NCBI GenBank assembly: GCA_944376195.1 | Contig: CALWBW010000007.1 | Coordinates: forward strand, 3,230-67,229 | Length of the DNA: 64,000 nt | Source of the DNA: an uncultured Clostridia bacterium | GTDB taxonomy: Bacteria > Bacillota > Clostridia > Oscillospirales > QAMX01 | Direction of reading: 5' to 3' | In this document: positions 29,634-38,767 of the stretch, one piece after another | Layout: each line of letters opens with the position of its first letter | Position numbering within the stretch: position 1 is the stretch's first letter | Notes under the pieces: generated by a model | Databases searched by the model: none | What the model was told of the DNA's origin: nothing | Seen by the model: the letters and a program-made list of their open reading frames with translations, nothing else | Program-made: the position numbers and the translations under genes

Positions 29634-30158
29634 TTATGCTTCTTTTACCGCTTTATAATAGACCTGGTTAATCTCCACGGCGATTTCCTCATACTGATTG
29701 TCGTCTTTCAGCCGGAAAACGCGGGTGCCTTCATCCAGGCCTACCGCGTCGCCGTCCTCAGCGGGCGTGTCCGTCACAATGCTGGTAATGCTGAAAAGCT
29801 CTACGCCCACTTCGTCTGCGCTCAACGTCTCATTCGTCACTTCATATAAGTTGCCGTTGTACATCACCCGACGGACCTCGGAAGTTCCATTCGGTTTATC
29901 GTCCTCATCCTTAATATTGTTGTCCGGAACAGTTCCGACATCGTTATCTTTGTCGGGATTGTTGGTTTGATTGTCTTCGTGATTGGTGTCGTTATTGGTG
30001 TTTCCGTTGTTCATACCGCCGTTATTCGTTCCACCGTTGTTATTTTCATTTTCCGTGGTTCCCGGCGTCTGATTGGTGTCGTTGTTTTTGCCGTCGTCCA
30101 TGCAGGCCGTCAGGGACAGCGCCAGCAGGGCCGCCATCAAAAGTGCTGCTAGTCTCAT
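29634..30158 (-). CDS. Lipoprotein with an Asn/Thr/Gly-rich linker, function unknown
   Basis: Lipobox LSLTAC. About 75 aa of N/T/G/D low complexity. A ~80-aa C-terminal globular part. AAGGAGAG RBS. Confidence 0.7.
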   Translation of the reverse strand: MRLAALLMAALLALSLTACMDDGKNNDTNQTPGTTENENNNGGTNNGGMNNGNTNNDTNHEDNQTNNPDKDNDVGTVPDNNIKDEDDKPNGTSEVRRVMYNGNLYEVTNETLSADEVGVELFSITSIVTDTPAEDGDAVGLDEGTRVFRLKDDNQYEEIAVEINQVYYKAVKEA

Positions 30159-30273
30159 TTTAAAAACTCTCCTTTTTCAGTTTTCACGCATAGTATTTCC
30201 GGTATCTGGGACATTTTATGCCGTCAAATTTAACCAAAATCAAGAAAAAGCCGTCCTCTTTTTCCGCATAGCC

Positions 30274-30302
30274 TTGCATCACCCAAAATCTGATGGTATA
30301 CT
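30274..30302 (+). promoter_or_regulatory. Sigma-A promoter for the ECF S-component gene and prfA
   Basis: TTGCAT-17 nt-TATACT. Only about 40 nt of leader, so no room for a riboswitch. Confidence 0.55.
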
Positions 30303-30343
30303 GATACCGGTTTATTTTCAAAATATAAAAAGGAGGGACGATT

Positions 30344-30883
30344 ATGAATTCCGCAAAGATACGGAAACTCGTCCTGGCGGCGTTTTTTGCCGCCGTTATA
30401 TTCTTTGGCACATTTTTAATTAAAATCCCCATCCCCAATGGATATATTCACTTCGGCGATGGGTTTATCTCTATTGCCGCGGCGCTGCTCCCGTTGCCGT
30501 ATGCGATGGCTGCCGCCGCAGTCGGCGGACTGCTCTCCGATTTGATCGCCGGGTTTGCCGCGTATGCGCCCTTTACCGCAGCTGTAAAGCTTTTGATTGC
30601 GCTGGTTGTTGGACTGATTCTCCGCAAAAACGTCTTTGTCGGACGGCTGCTCGGACAAACCACAGAAAAGGGCGGGTTTTTCCCGCTTATAATTGCCTGT
30701 CTGGCAGGCGGCGCTGTCAATGCCGGCGGATATTTCATCACCGATTGCATTCTCTATAGTTTTGCGGCAGCCATCTCCGCGCTCCCGCTCAACTGTCTGC
30801 AATCTGCCTTTGGAATCGCCGTATTCTTCCTGTTCCTCCCGGCTTTTGCAAAGGCTTTTGCCCGTTTTCATTCGGAATCCTGA
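30344..30883 (+). CDS. ECF-transporter S-component-like membrane protein (substrate unknown)
   Basis: 179 aa, about 6 TM. N-terminal KLVLAAFFAAVIFFGTFLIKIPIPNGYIHFGDGFI is typical of ECF substrate-capture subunits. Confidence 0.65.
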   Translation: MNSAKIRKLVLAAFFAAVIFFGTFLIKIPIPNGYIHFGDGFISIAAALLPLPYAMAAAAVGGLLSDLIAGFAAYAPFTAAVKLLIALVVGLILRKNVFVGRLLGQTTEKGGFFPLIIACLAGGAVNAGGYFITDCILYSFAAAISALPLNCLQSAFGIAVFFLFLPAFAKAFARFHSES

Positions 30884-30904
30884 TTGTTTGAGGAAAGGAA
30901 CGCT

Positions 30905-31975
30905 ATGCTGGAAAAATTGTCCGGGATTGAAGAGCGGTTTCGCGCCATAGAGGCTCGGCTTTCGGAGCCGGACCTTTATGAGGATCCTGCGGAAGCCGCA
31001 AAACTGTTAAAGGAACAAAAAGAACTTACGCCCATCGTCGAAGCATATCGCGCCTACTGCCGCGCCGCGCAAACGGCGGAAGAAAGCCGCGAGCTGCTCT
31101 CCGGAGAGGATCCTGATTTGCGGGACTTGGCGGAAGAGGAACTGCGTGACGCACAGGCAGAGATGCAGCGCCGCGAGGAAGAGCTGAAACGCCTGCTGCT
31201 CCCCCGCGATCCGAACGACGACCGCAATGTCATTGTAGAAATCCGGGGCGGCGTCGGCGGGGAGGAAGCCGCCCTGTTTGCCGCAGACCTGTACCGTATG
31301 TACAGTATGTATGCGGAACGCAAAGGCTGGCGGATTGAGGTTTTGAATCTCAACGAAACGGAAATCGGCGGCATCAAGGAAATCAGTTTTCTGGTAAACG
31401 GACATGGCGCCTATTCCCGCTTGAAATTTGAATCCGGCGTCCATCGCGTCCAACGCGTCCCGGAAACGGAATCCGGCGGACGGATTCACACTTCCGCGGC
31501 ATCTGTCGCGGTGCTCCCTGAGGCAGACGAAGTGGAAGTGGAGATCAATCCCAACGACTTGCAGATTGATACCTACCGCTCCTCCGGCGCGGGCGGCCAG
31601 CACGTCAACAAAACCGAGTCCGCCATTCGGATTACGCATCTTCCCACGGGCATTGTGGTGGAGTGCCAGGATGAGCGCAGTCAGTTTAAAAACCGCGACC
31701 GTGCCATGAAGGTTCTGCGTTCCAAATTATACGAAGCCAAACGGGAAGAACAGAACTCCAAAATTGCTGCAGAACGCCGCAGCCAGGTGGGATCCGGGGA
31801 TCGCAGTGAACGAATCCGTACCTACAATTTCCCGCAGGGCCGCGTCAGCGATCATCGGATCGGACTGACGCTCCACAAGATTGACGCCATCCTCTCCGGT
31901 GATTTGGACGAATTAATCGACGCGCTCGTCACCGCCGATCAGGCCGAACGGCTGAAAGCCTCTGGGGAAGCGTAA
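30905..31975 (+). CDS. prfA: Peptide chain release factor 1
   Basis: PET(ES) tripeptide region [17 protein letters not shown] and GGQ motif [15 protein letters not shown]. Uninterrupted ORF. ATG 30905 after GAGGAAAGG. Confidence 0.93.
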   Translation: MLEKLSGIEERFRAIEARLSEPDLYEDPAEAAKLLKEQKELTPIVEAYRAYCRAAQTAEESRELLSGEDPDLRDLAEEELRDAQAEMQRREEELKRLLLPRDPNDDRNVIVEIRGGVGGEEAALFAADLYRMYSMYAERKGWRIEVLNLNETEIGGIKEISFLVNGHGAYSRLKFESGVHRVQRVPETESGGRIHTSAASVAVLPEADEVEVEINPNDLQIDTYRSSGAGGQHVNKTESAIRITHLPTGIVVECQDERSQFKNRDRAMKVLRSKLYEAKREEQNSKIAAERRSQVGSGDRSERIRTYNFPQGRVSDHRIGLTLHKIDAILSGDLDELIDALVTADQAERLKASGEA

Positions 31976-32012
31976 GCCGTCCAAACAGAATACGGAAAAA
32001 CAGGCTTCGCCT

Positions 32013-32042
32013 GTATAAAAAAACGCCTCTCGGTCTACAATT
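32013..32042 (+). promoter_or_regulatory. Candidate sigma-F-type forespore promoter for spoIIR
   Basis: GTATA-15 nt-GTCTACAATT compared with my recalled consensus GYATA-15-GGnnAnAHTR. Partial match. Consensus quoted from memory. Confidence 0.3.
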
Positions 32043-32066
32043 CCAGTAAAGACCGGGAGGTGTTTT
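32026..32066 (+). terminator. Probable prfA terminator overlapping the spoIIR promoter
   Basis: CCTCTCGGTCT (32026-32036) pairs with AGACCGGGAGG (32050-32060): 11 bp with one G-U, followed by tgTTTT. Confidence 0.45.
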
Positions 32067-32069
32067 GGC

Positions 32070-32693
32070 ATGTTGAAACAAAAGACCCGCGCGTATCTTA
32101 CCCGCTTGGAAAGCGCGCTGTGCATTGGCCTGGCTGCCGCCATTCTGTTTGCCGCCGCCGGGATACAAATGCAAACGGCGTTGGCCGATAAAATGCTCCG
32201 CCTGCACGTCATTGCCAATTCCGACAGTGCAGAGGATCAGGCCCTGAAATTAAAAGTCCGCGACAGCGTTCTTGCCGAAGTGGAACGTCTTACCGCAGAC
32301 GCCGGAGATGTCGGCACAGCGCGTCAGGCCGTCGAATCGGAGCTGGATGTAATCCGGCAAGCGGCGGAAGAAACCGTTTTAGCGGAAGGATACGCCTATG
32401 ACGTCCGTCTTTCCCTGGGCGAAACCGATTTCCCCACTAAAGAATACGAGGGATTTGCGCTCCCGGCAGGCCGTTACGATGCGCTGCGCGTGATGATCGG
32501 GGAAGGCAAAGGGCAGAACTGGTGGTGCGTCCTGTTCCCGCCTTTTTGTACCACAGCCGCCTTTGAAGAAGAAGCCATAGCGGCCGGGCTGGACGAAGAG
32601 GAAATTCGCCTTATGAGTTCCGACGGGGAATACGAACTGCGCTTTCGTCTGATCGAATGGATTGCCCATCTGCGGGAAATTTTAGGGGTTTAA
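32070..32693 (+). CDS. spoIIR: Stage II sporulation protein R
   Basis: LRLHVIANSDSAEDQALKLKVRD... and GKGQNWWCVLFPPFC are SpoIIR hallmarks. N-terminal signal/anchor. Confidence 0.88.
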   Translation: MLKQKTRAYLTRLESALCIGLAAAILFAAAGIQMQTALADKMLRLHVIANSDSAEDQALKLKVRDSVLAEVERLTADAGDVGTARQAVESELDVIRQAAEETVLAEGYAYDVRLSLGETDFPTKEYEGFALPAGRYDALRVMIGEGKGQNWWCVLFPPFCTTAAFEEEAIAAGLDEEEIRLMSSDGEYELRFRLIEWIAHLREILGV

Positions 32694-32846
32694 AGGCGGT
32701 GTGCCGCCGCAAAGACGGCCGGCACTTTGCAAAAAGACCCTCGTATTCGTTGTGGAATCTCTATAAAACCCGACCCGCCTTAGGCTGGGTTTTCCCGGCA
32801 TTATGGAAATTTTCTGAAAGAGCGGGCGTTATGGAAGATTTTCCAC

Positions 32847-32874
32847 TTGACAAATCGTTGGACCATGTTATAAT
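32847..32874 (+). promoter_or_regulatory. Sigma-A promoter (extended -10) for the trp leader
   Basis: TTGACA (32847-32852)-16 nt-TATAAT (32869-32874), preceded by TGt. Confidence 0.6.
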
Positions 32875-32880
32875 AAAACC

Positions 32881-33170
32881 AATTTCATAACGAAAACCGT
32901 AGATTGAAAAGAGTAGTAGGGACATAGGTTTCCCACAGAGAGCCGCGGAGGGTGGGATCGCGGCGGAAGCAGTCCGTATGAATGGATTCAAGAGGGTGAA
33001 AAGAAAGGTGCTTCGGCGCTGAGTAATGTTCAACGGGGACTCCACCCGTTATCCGGGGAGCACGTATGATAGTACGTGAAAAAGAGCGGGCGTTTTTGAA
33101 CGTCAAATTAGGTGGTACCGCAGAAGTATTTTAAGCTTTTGTCCTAAATGCAGGACAAAAGCTTTTTTTG
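32881..33170 (+). promoter_or_regulatory. T-box riboswitch leader, Trp specifier (UGG)
   Basis: Stem I: base helix TTGAA/TTCAA, GA/K-turn (TGAAAAGAGTAG), AGAGA bulge (32936), distal loop GGGTGGGA. The specifier loop ends ...GAA-TGG-A (TGG 32983-32985). F-box CCGTTA. T-box AAATTAGGTGGTACCGC (33106-33122). Terminator AAGCTTTTGTCCT/AGGACAAAAGCTT plus T-run (33133-33170). Confidence 0.85.
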
Positions 33171-33221
33171 TTGCCGTTTTTCCCAGTCACCCAGTTTTCT
33201 TGAAGAAAGGATGTCAGTCAG

Positions 33222-34406
33222 ATGAAAAAAGGACGATTTTTAGACTTTGGTGGGCAGTACGCCCCCGAAACCATGATGAGCGCGCTCAACGAGCTTGAGG
33301 ATGCCTACGAGCGGTATCGCGCCGATCCGGGCTTCCGCGACGAGCTCTCCGCGCTGCTGCGCGACTACGCCGGACGTCCGTCACGGCTCACCTTTGCGGA
33401 AAAAATGACGCGGGATCTGGGCGGCGCAAAAATTTACCTGAAACGAGAAGATTTGAACCACACAGGTTCCCATAAAATCAACAATGTTTTAGGGCAGGTG
33501 CTGCTTGCCAAAAAAATGGGGAAAACGCGTGTGATTGCCGAAACCGGCGCGGGCCAGCACGGCGTTGCAACCGCCACGGTCGCAGCTTTGATGAATATGG
33601 AGTGCGAAATCTTCATGGGCGAGGAAGACACAAAACGCCAGGCACTGAATGTCTACCGCATGAATTTACTTGGTGCAAAAGTCCACGCCGTCACAAGCGG
33701 GACCGGGACGCTGAAGGACGCGGTCAACGAGACGATGCGTGAGTGGGTTTCGCGCATTGCGGATACCCATTACGTCCTGGGGTCCGTCATGGGACCGCAT
33801 CCCTTCCCCACAATTGTGCGCGACTTTCAGAAAATCATCGGCGAGGAAATCCGCCGTCAGGTATTCCGCGCGGAAGGCCGTCTTCCCGATGCCGTTATTG
33901 CCTGCGTGGGAGGCGGGAGCAATGCCATGGGCGCCTTTTATGATTTTCTAAACTACCCCACCGTCCGGTTGATCGGTTGTGAAGCCGCCGGCCGCGGTAT
34001 CCATACGCCGGAAACCGCCGCCACCATTGCAACCGGCAAACTCGGGATTTTTCACGGCATGAAGTCCTATTTCTGCCAGGATGAATACGGCCAAATCGCA
34101 CCGGTCTATTCCATTTCCGCCGGGCTGGATTATCCCGGCATCGGGCCGGAGCACGCCATGCTCTATGCCTCCGGCCGTGCGGAGTATGTCCCCGTTACCG
34201 ACGACGAGGCAGTCGCCGCTTTCCGGTACCTCTCCCGTATGGAGGGCATTATCCCGGCAATCGAAAGCGCACACGCCGTTGCCTACGCCATGCGTCTGGC
34301 ACCGGAAATGCGTCCGGATCAGATTCTGGTTGTCAATCTTTCAGGGCGGGGCGATAAAGACGTCGCAGCCATCGCCCGGTATCAAGGAGTGGAATTGTAT
34401 GAATAA
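33222..34406 (+). CDS. trpB: Tryptophan synthase beta chain
   Basis: [24 protein letters not shown] (PLP lysine), GGGSNAMG. Confidence 0.95.
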   Translation: MKKGRFLDFGGQYAPETMMSALNELEDAYERYRADPGFRDELSALLRDYAGRPSRLTFAEKMTRDLGGAKIYLKREDLNHTGSHKINNVLGQVLLAKKMGKTRVIAETGAGQHGVATATVAALMNMECEIFMGEEDTKRQALNVYRMNLLGAKVHAVTSGTGTLKDAVNETMREWVSRIADTHYVLGSVMGPHPFPTIVRDFQKIIGEEIRRQVFRAEGRLPDAVIACVGGGSNAMGAFYDFLNYPTVRLIGCEAAGRGIHTPETAATIATGKLGIFHGMKSYFCQDEYGQIAPVYSISAGLDYPGIGPEHAMLYASGRAEYVPVTDDEAVAAFRYLSRMEGIIPAIESAHAVAYAMRLAPEMRPDQILVVNLSGRGDKDVAAIARYQGVELYE

Positions 34407-35169
34407 CATCAAACAGGCTTTTCAAAATGGCAAAGCTTTTATCGCCTTCCTGACCGGCGGCGATCCGGACCTTGCAACAACGGAAGCCCTTATTCCCGTC
34501 ATGGAGACCGCAGGCGCGGACCTCATCGAAATCGGCATTCCATTTTCCGACCCCATTGCCGAAGGGCCTGTGATTCAAGCGGCGAGCGAACGCGCGCTTG
34601 CCGCAGGCTGTACGGTGGATCGTCTCTTTGACATGGTGGCGCGGGTTCGGAAAACCGTCAAAATCCCGCTTTTATTTATGACTTATGCCAATCCCATTTT
34701 TGCTTACGGCGCCGAACGCTTTATGAAACGCTGCCGTGATTGCGGAATCGACGGAATCATCGTCCCCGATGTCCCCTTTGAAGAACGGGAAGAATTTCAG
34801 TCGGTCTGCCGGGCGTACGGGATCACGCAAATTTTTCTCGTCTCTCCCACCTCGCAAAAGCGCGTAGCGGAAATTGCGCGGGAGTCCGAAGGCTTCCTTT
34901 ACTGCGTTTCCTCGCTTGGCGTCACCGGCGTGCGTACGGAATTGCAAGATAATATCGCGGAAATCATCCGCACTGCGAAAAAGGTGACGGATACCCCGTG
35001 CGCCATCGGATTCGGAATTTCCACGCCGGAACAAGCCGCACACATGGCTTCCTACGCCGACGGTGTGATTGTCGGCAGCGCCATTGTTTCCCTCATCGCC
35101 GAACATGGACGAAACAGCGCCGACGCTGTTCGCGACTATGTCGCAAGCATGAAAAACGCCATTTCCTGA
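34399..35169 (+). CDS. trpA: Tryptophan synthase alpha chain
   Basis: [35 protein letters not shown] 34399 overlaps the trpB end by 8 nt. Confidence 0.93.
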   Translation: MNNIKQAFQNGKAFIAFLTGGDPDLATTEALIPVMETAGADLIEIGIPFSDPIAEGPVIQAASERALAAGCTVDRLFDMVARVRKTVKIPLLFMTYANPIFAYGAERFMKRCRDCGIDGIIVPDVPFEEREEFQSVCRAYGITQIFLVSPTSQKRVAEIARESEGFLYCVSSLGVTGVRTELQDNIAEIIRTAKKVTDTPCAIGFGISTPEQAAHMASYADGVIVGSAIVSLIAEHGRNSADAVRDYVASMKNAIS

Positions 35170-35184
35170 CAGGAGGATACCAGC

Positions 35185-36216
35185 ATGTATCAAGAAATTC
35201 TCACCAAACTGACATCCCATACAGAATTATCGGATACGGAAATTTTTGATCTGATTTCCGCCATCCGCCGCGACGAGATCAGCGATGTGCAAATCGGCGG
35301 GTTTCAGGTCGCGCTGCTCATGAAATCCCCCACGCTGGGCGAAACATCCGCCATCGCGCGCGCCATGCGCGAAAACTGCGTGCGATTGAGCCCCCGCGTC
35401 TCAGAGCCTCTCATGGACACCTGCGGTACAGGCGGCGGACTCAGCACCTTCAACATCTCGACCGCTACCGCCATCGTGGCCGCCTCCGCCGGAATCCCGG
35501 TCGCCAAACACGGAAGCCGTTCCATTTCCAGCCTGTCCGGCAGCGCGGACGTACTGGAGGCGCTCGGCGTCAATATTAATCTTTCGCCGTCCGCCGTAGA
35601 ACGCATGATTGAGGACATCGGCATTGCCTTCCTCTATGCGCCGCTCTTCCACCCGGTCATGTGCAAAGTCCTCCCGCCAGAAACAGAATTGGGCATCAAG
35701 ACCATTTTCTACACCATTATCGGCCCCCTGATTAACCCCGCCTTTGCCTCCCGCCATATCCTGGGCGTTTACAAACCGGAACTTTTGGATATCGTCACTT
35801 CCGTTGCGCGTGACTTGGGATATACCGACGCGCTGTTCGTCCATGGCCTGGACGGTCTTGATGAAATTTCTCTGATGGGTAAAACCCGCGTCAACGAATT
35901 GCGCGGGAACCGCGTCCGTACTTATGAAATTGCGCCGGAAGACTTTGGCCTTTCCCGTTGCGCACTGGAAGACATCAAAACCGGCACGCCGGAGGAAAAC
36001 GCAGCCTGTATCCGCGGCGTTTTCTCCGGAAAAGTTACCGGTCCGCGCCGGGACGCCATTCTTTTCAACGCGGCGGGCGCGCTTCTCATCGGAAACCGCG
36101 CCGACTCTTTCCAGGAAGGCATTACGCTTGCGCGGGAACTCATTGATTCCGGAGCTGCCGAACGCAAGCTGCGGGATCTCTCCGAAGTCTCTCATTCCTA
36201 TCAGGGGGAATCGTGA
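35185..36216 (+). CDS. trpD: Anthranilate phosphoribosyltransferase (divergent motifs)
   Basis: DTCGTGGGLSTFNISTA, AKHGSRSISSLSGSADVLEALG, GPLINP. Fold and family are clear. The canonical GTGGDG and KHGN positions are altered. Confidence 0.8.
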   Translation: MYQEILTKLTSHTELSDTEIFDLISAIRRDEISDVQIGGFQVALLMKSPTLGETSAIARAMRENCVRLSPRVSEPLMDTCGTGGGLSTFNISTATAIVAASAGIPVAKHGSRSISSLSGSADVLEALGVNINLSPSAVERMIEDIGIAFLYAPLFHPVMCKVLPPETELGIKTIFYTIIGPLINPAFASRHILGVYKPELLDIVTSVARDLGYTDALFVHGLDGLDEISLMGKTRVNELRGNRVRTYEIAPEDFGLSRCALEDIKTGTPEENAACIRGVFSGKVTGPRRDAILFNAAGALLIGNRADSFQEGITLARELIDSGAAERKLRDLSEVSHSYQGES

Positions 36217-36923
36217 TGAACGGCCGGTTTTCCGAGGCGCTGTTGGGGCAACAAGCCGCCGGGTTTTTCCCGGTCATCCCGGATATGAAAGTGCGGTCTC
36301 CCGGCGAAGGGGCGCTTTTGGGAGATCGCCGGGTGGAAGACTATGCCGCCGGTTTGCAGGCGGCCGGCGCGTGCGTTTTTTCCGTCGTCACAGAGCGCAG
36401 CCGGTACGGCGGGTCGCCGGATCTTCTTTCCAAAGTAGCTGCACTCGGCCTGCCTGTCCTACGCAAGGATTTCCTCACCACAAGGGAGGAACTGCGGGAA
36501 TCCCTCGCCATGGGCGCCAGCGCAGTTCTGCTGATTGCGTCCTTTTATGAAGACGAAACCGAGCTTGCCGCGCTTTACGAGTATGCTTTGGAACTCGGGC
36601 TGGAGCCGCTTCTGGAAACGCATACCGAACAGGAACTCAACCTTGCGCATCGGCTCCATGCAAGACTGGTGGGAATCAATAACCGTGATATCCGCGTTTT
36701 CGAGCAGGATGACGGAACCGTAACCACCACGGAATCGCTTTGCCGGCTCGCGCCCGCACAGGCCTTTTTAATCAGCGAAAGCGGTATCCTTACGGCGCAG
36801 GACGCGCGGCGTGCAAAAAAAGCCGGCGCGGACGCCGTTTTGGTCGGCACCGCCCTGCTTCGTGCGCATGATCCGGCCGCCTGTTACCGGGCCCTTTCCG
36901 GGCAAACGGAACACACAGACTAA
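36213..36923 (+). CDS. trpC: Indole-3-glycerol phosphate synthase
   Basis: VLRKDFL, LLETHTEQE, VGINNRDI, ISESGI, LVGTALL. ATGA overlap with trpD. Confidence 0.85.
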   Translation: MMNGRFSEALLGQQAAGFFPVIPDMKVRSPGEGALLGDRRVEDYAAGLQAAGACVFSVVTERSRYGGSPDLLSKVAALGLPVLRKDFLTTREELRESLAMGASAVLLIASFYEDETELAALYEYALELGLEPLLETHTEQELNLAHRLHARLVGINNRDIRVFEQDDGTVTTTESLCRLAPAQAFLISESGILTAQDARRAKKAGADAVLVGTALLRAHDPAACYRALSGQTEHTD

Positions 36924-36942
36924 CATTATTTTCCGGGGAGAC

Positions 36943-37620
36943 ATGACGATGGTAAATTTGAAAATCTGCGGTCTGATGCGGGAAGAAGACGTTGCGTATT
37001 GCTGCGCATGCGGCGTGGATTTTGTGGGGTTCGTAGTGGAATATCCGCATCCGGTCCCGTGGAACCTCAGCGTCCCACGCGCGCGGACGCTGATGACACA
37101 TCTCTCCGGAAAGAGCCGGAGCGTACTTGTCACAGGCGGCGCGCCTCAGGAAATTTTACGCCGCGCCGCCGCGCTGCATCCGGATTTTTTGCAGCTTCAC
37201 GACCGGGAAACGCCGGAGGAAACCCGATATCTTGCATCGATGCTCCACGCACAGGGAATCGGCTGCATCAAAGCCATCCCGGTGCGGCCCGACGGCACGC
37301 CGGACGCGCCGGGATTTCAAACTGCTGAAGACATGGCGCAATGCTATGCGCAGACAGGCGCCGATTTTCTGCTGCTTGACGCGCGCTGTCCCTCCGCACC
37401 CACAGCAAACGGCGCAGCGCTGGACGCTGCATTATACCGCCGCGTCTGCCAGGCGGCCGCACTCCCGGTCATTTTGGCGGGCGGCCTGACGGTACACAAC
37501 CTGCCAAACATTCTGCGGCAAACCGGCGCGCACCATATCGACATTTTAAGCGGCGCAGAATATACTCCCGGCGTTAAAAATCACGAAGCGATCTTCCAGC
37601 TACGCCACCTCGCCGGATAA
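36943..37620 (+). CDS. trpF: Phosphoribosylanthranilate isomerase
   Basis: VNLKICGL start region, AGGL, DILSGAEYTPGVKN. ATG at 36943 or 36949 after GGGGAGA. Confidence 0.85.
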   Translation: MTMVNLKICGLMREEDVAYCCACGVDFVGFVVEYPHPVPWNLSVPRARTLMTHLSGKSRSVLVTGGAPQEILRRAAALHPDFLQLHDRETPEETRYLASMLHAQGIGCIKAIPVRPDGTPDAPGFQTAEDMAQCYAQTGADFLLLDARCPSAPTANGAALDAALYRRVCQAAALPVILAGGLTVHNLPNILRQTGAHHIDILSGAEYTPGVKNHEAIFQLRHLAG

Positions 37621-37627
37621 AGAAAAT

Positions 37628-37665
37628 GCCCCGGTCCTGACGGCAAACGCCGCCTCGACCGGGGC
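37628..37665. terminator. Hairpin terminator between trpF and the convergent membrane-protein gene
   Basis: GCCCCGGTC-20 nt loop-GACCGGGGC. The T-rich run is better on the minus side (aTTTTCTTT) than on the plus side (cTGTTTGT). Confidence 0.5.
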
Positions 37666-37676
37666 CTGTTTGTAGA

Positions 37677-38465
37677 TTATTCTCCTCGCCGTAAAACCGT
37701 GGGAACCATCGTACGGACAAACCAGCTTTTTGGATTGCCGCCGCAGAGCCGGATTGCCACACAATAGAGGATCCCGCCTGCCGCATTAGAAAGCATGTCG
37801 TTCATGGTGTCAATGTGTCCCAAATCCAGATAGCCGCCAACATCCAGCGGCACACCGTTGATCGTCACTTCCGTAATATTGTCGATTGTCTCCACAGCCA
37901 TCTGCGAAGGGTTGACCAGATATGAGCGAATGCTGTGCACCACCGTGTCGCACTGCATATCAAAATTCAGGAATGTGTCCATTGCGTACTCAAAAAATTC
38001 CCATACCACCGCCGCCGCAAGCGCAAAGGTCAGGGCGGAAAGCAGCCGCGAGGCCATGGAAATACCGGCTGCAGCTTCCCGGTTTAACACATCCAGCGCC
38101 ACATACCCCACCATGCCCATCAAAAAACCGCAGACCAGATGCAGCACCGTGTCAAAATGTGCAAAGCGCCGGTAGAAATCAAACACAGATCCCAATATTC
38201 CGCCTCCTGCTACGAAACACAAGAGGAAAATTTTAAAACCCACGGAAAAACGAACCTGAAATGCCCACTCGAGAAGACGAGGCGCCGGAATGGCAGCAAT
38301 CACCAGCAGACAGAGGAAAATATTTTCCGTATCTCCCGTTACGGCACAGTAGACCAGCGAGGCTGCGGCAAACAACACAATCACGCAGTAAGCCGCCTTC
38401 TCCGCCGCAGGAATATTCCGATATGCCTGCCGGAGTCCGTTTCGTTTTTCTTTGATCTGTTCCAA
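37677..38465 (-). CDS. Integral membrane protein, function unknown
   Basis: 262 aa, about 6 hydrophobic helices. No motif I can assign with confidence. Confidence 0.6.
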   Translation of the reverse strand: MEQIKEKRNGLRQAYRNIPAAEKAAYCVIVLFAAASLVYCAVTGDTENIFLCLLVIAAIPAPRLLEWAFQVRFSVGFKIFLLCFVAGGGILGSVFDFYRRFAHFDTVLHLVCGFLMGMVGYVALDVLNREAAAGISMASRLLSALTFALAAAVVWEFFEYAMDTFLNFDMQCDTVVHSIRSYLVNPSQMAVETIDNITEVTINGVPLDVGGYLDLGHIDTMNDMLSNAAGGILYCVAIRLCGGNPKSWFVRTMVPTVLRRGE

Positions 38466-38708
38466 AATGAGTCCCCCTCCTCACAAGGATTTCACCGCCG
38501 CATACGGTTTTCCTTTTTATCATACGACACCATTTGCTATTTTGCAACCCACCACGGCATCCAAACGTGCATTTTTCAAAAACACTAAGAAAATCTTAAA
38601 CTGCAAAATCCCGCCCGCAAAATGACAATGCAGGCGTCAAATTTACCAATTTACGTCCAATCAATTCAACAATTTGCACAAACATGTATATACAGGTCTA
38701 TATATCTA

Positions 38709-38737
38709 TTGCCAAGTTTCCCGCACCATGCTATACT
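38709..38737 (+). promoter_or_regulatory. Sigma-A promoter for the beta-helix protein gene
   Basis: TTGCCA-17 nt-TATACT, 30 nt upstream of AAAAGGAGGGG-ATG. Confidence 0.5.
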
Positions 38738-38767
38738 TGACCCACAAAGAAAAAGGAGGGGCTCAGC

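Noticed and set aside
30905-31975. Possible programmed frameshift, or an unusual PxT motif, in the release factor
   Set aside because: The ORF is uninterrupted and is RF1 (PET...GGQ), not RF2, so no +1 frameshift site is expected. I believe PET variants of the PxT tripeptide are common in Firmicutes.
35185-36216. Idea that the divergent TrpD (GTGGG, KHGS) is a TrpD2/YbiB-type or nucleoside-phosphorylase paralogue rather than a true anthranilate phosphoribosyltransferase
   Set aside because: It sits inside a T-box(Trp)-controlled operon between trpA and trpC, with translational coupling to trpC. A biosynthetic role is therefore the parsimonious reading. The motif deviations are noted under the trp finding instead.
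38680-38705. TATATA-N6-TATATA symmetric element upstream of the beta-helix protein gene
   Set aside because: The symmetry comes only from the self-complementary TATATA hexamers in an AT-rich promoter region. The central 6 nt are not palindromic.
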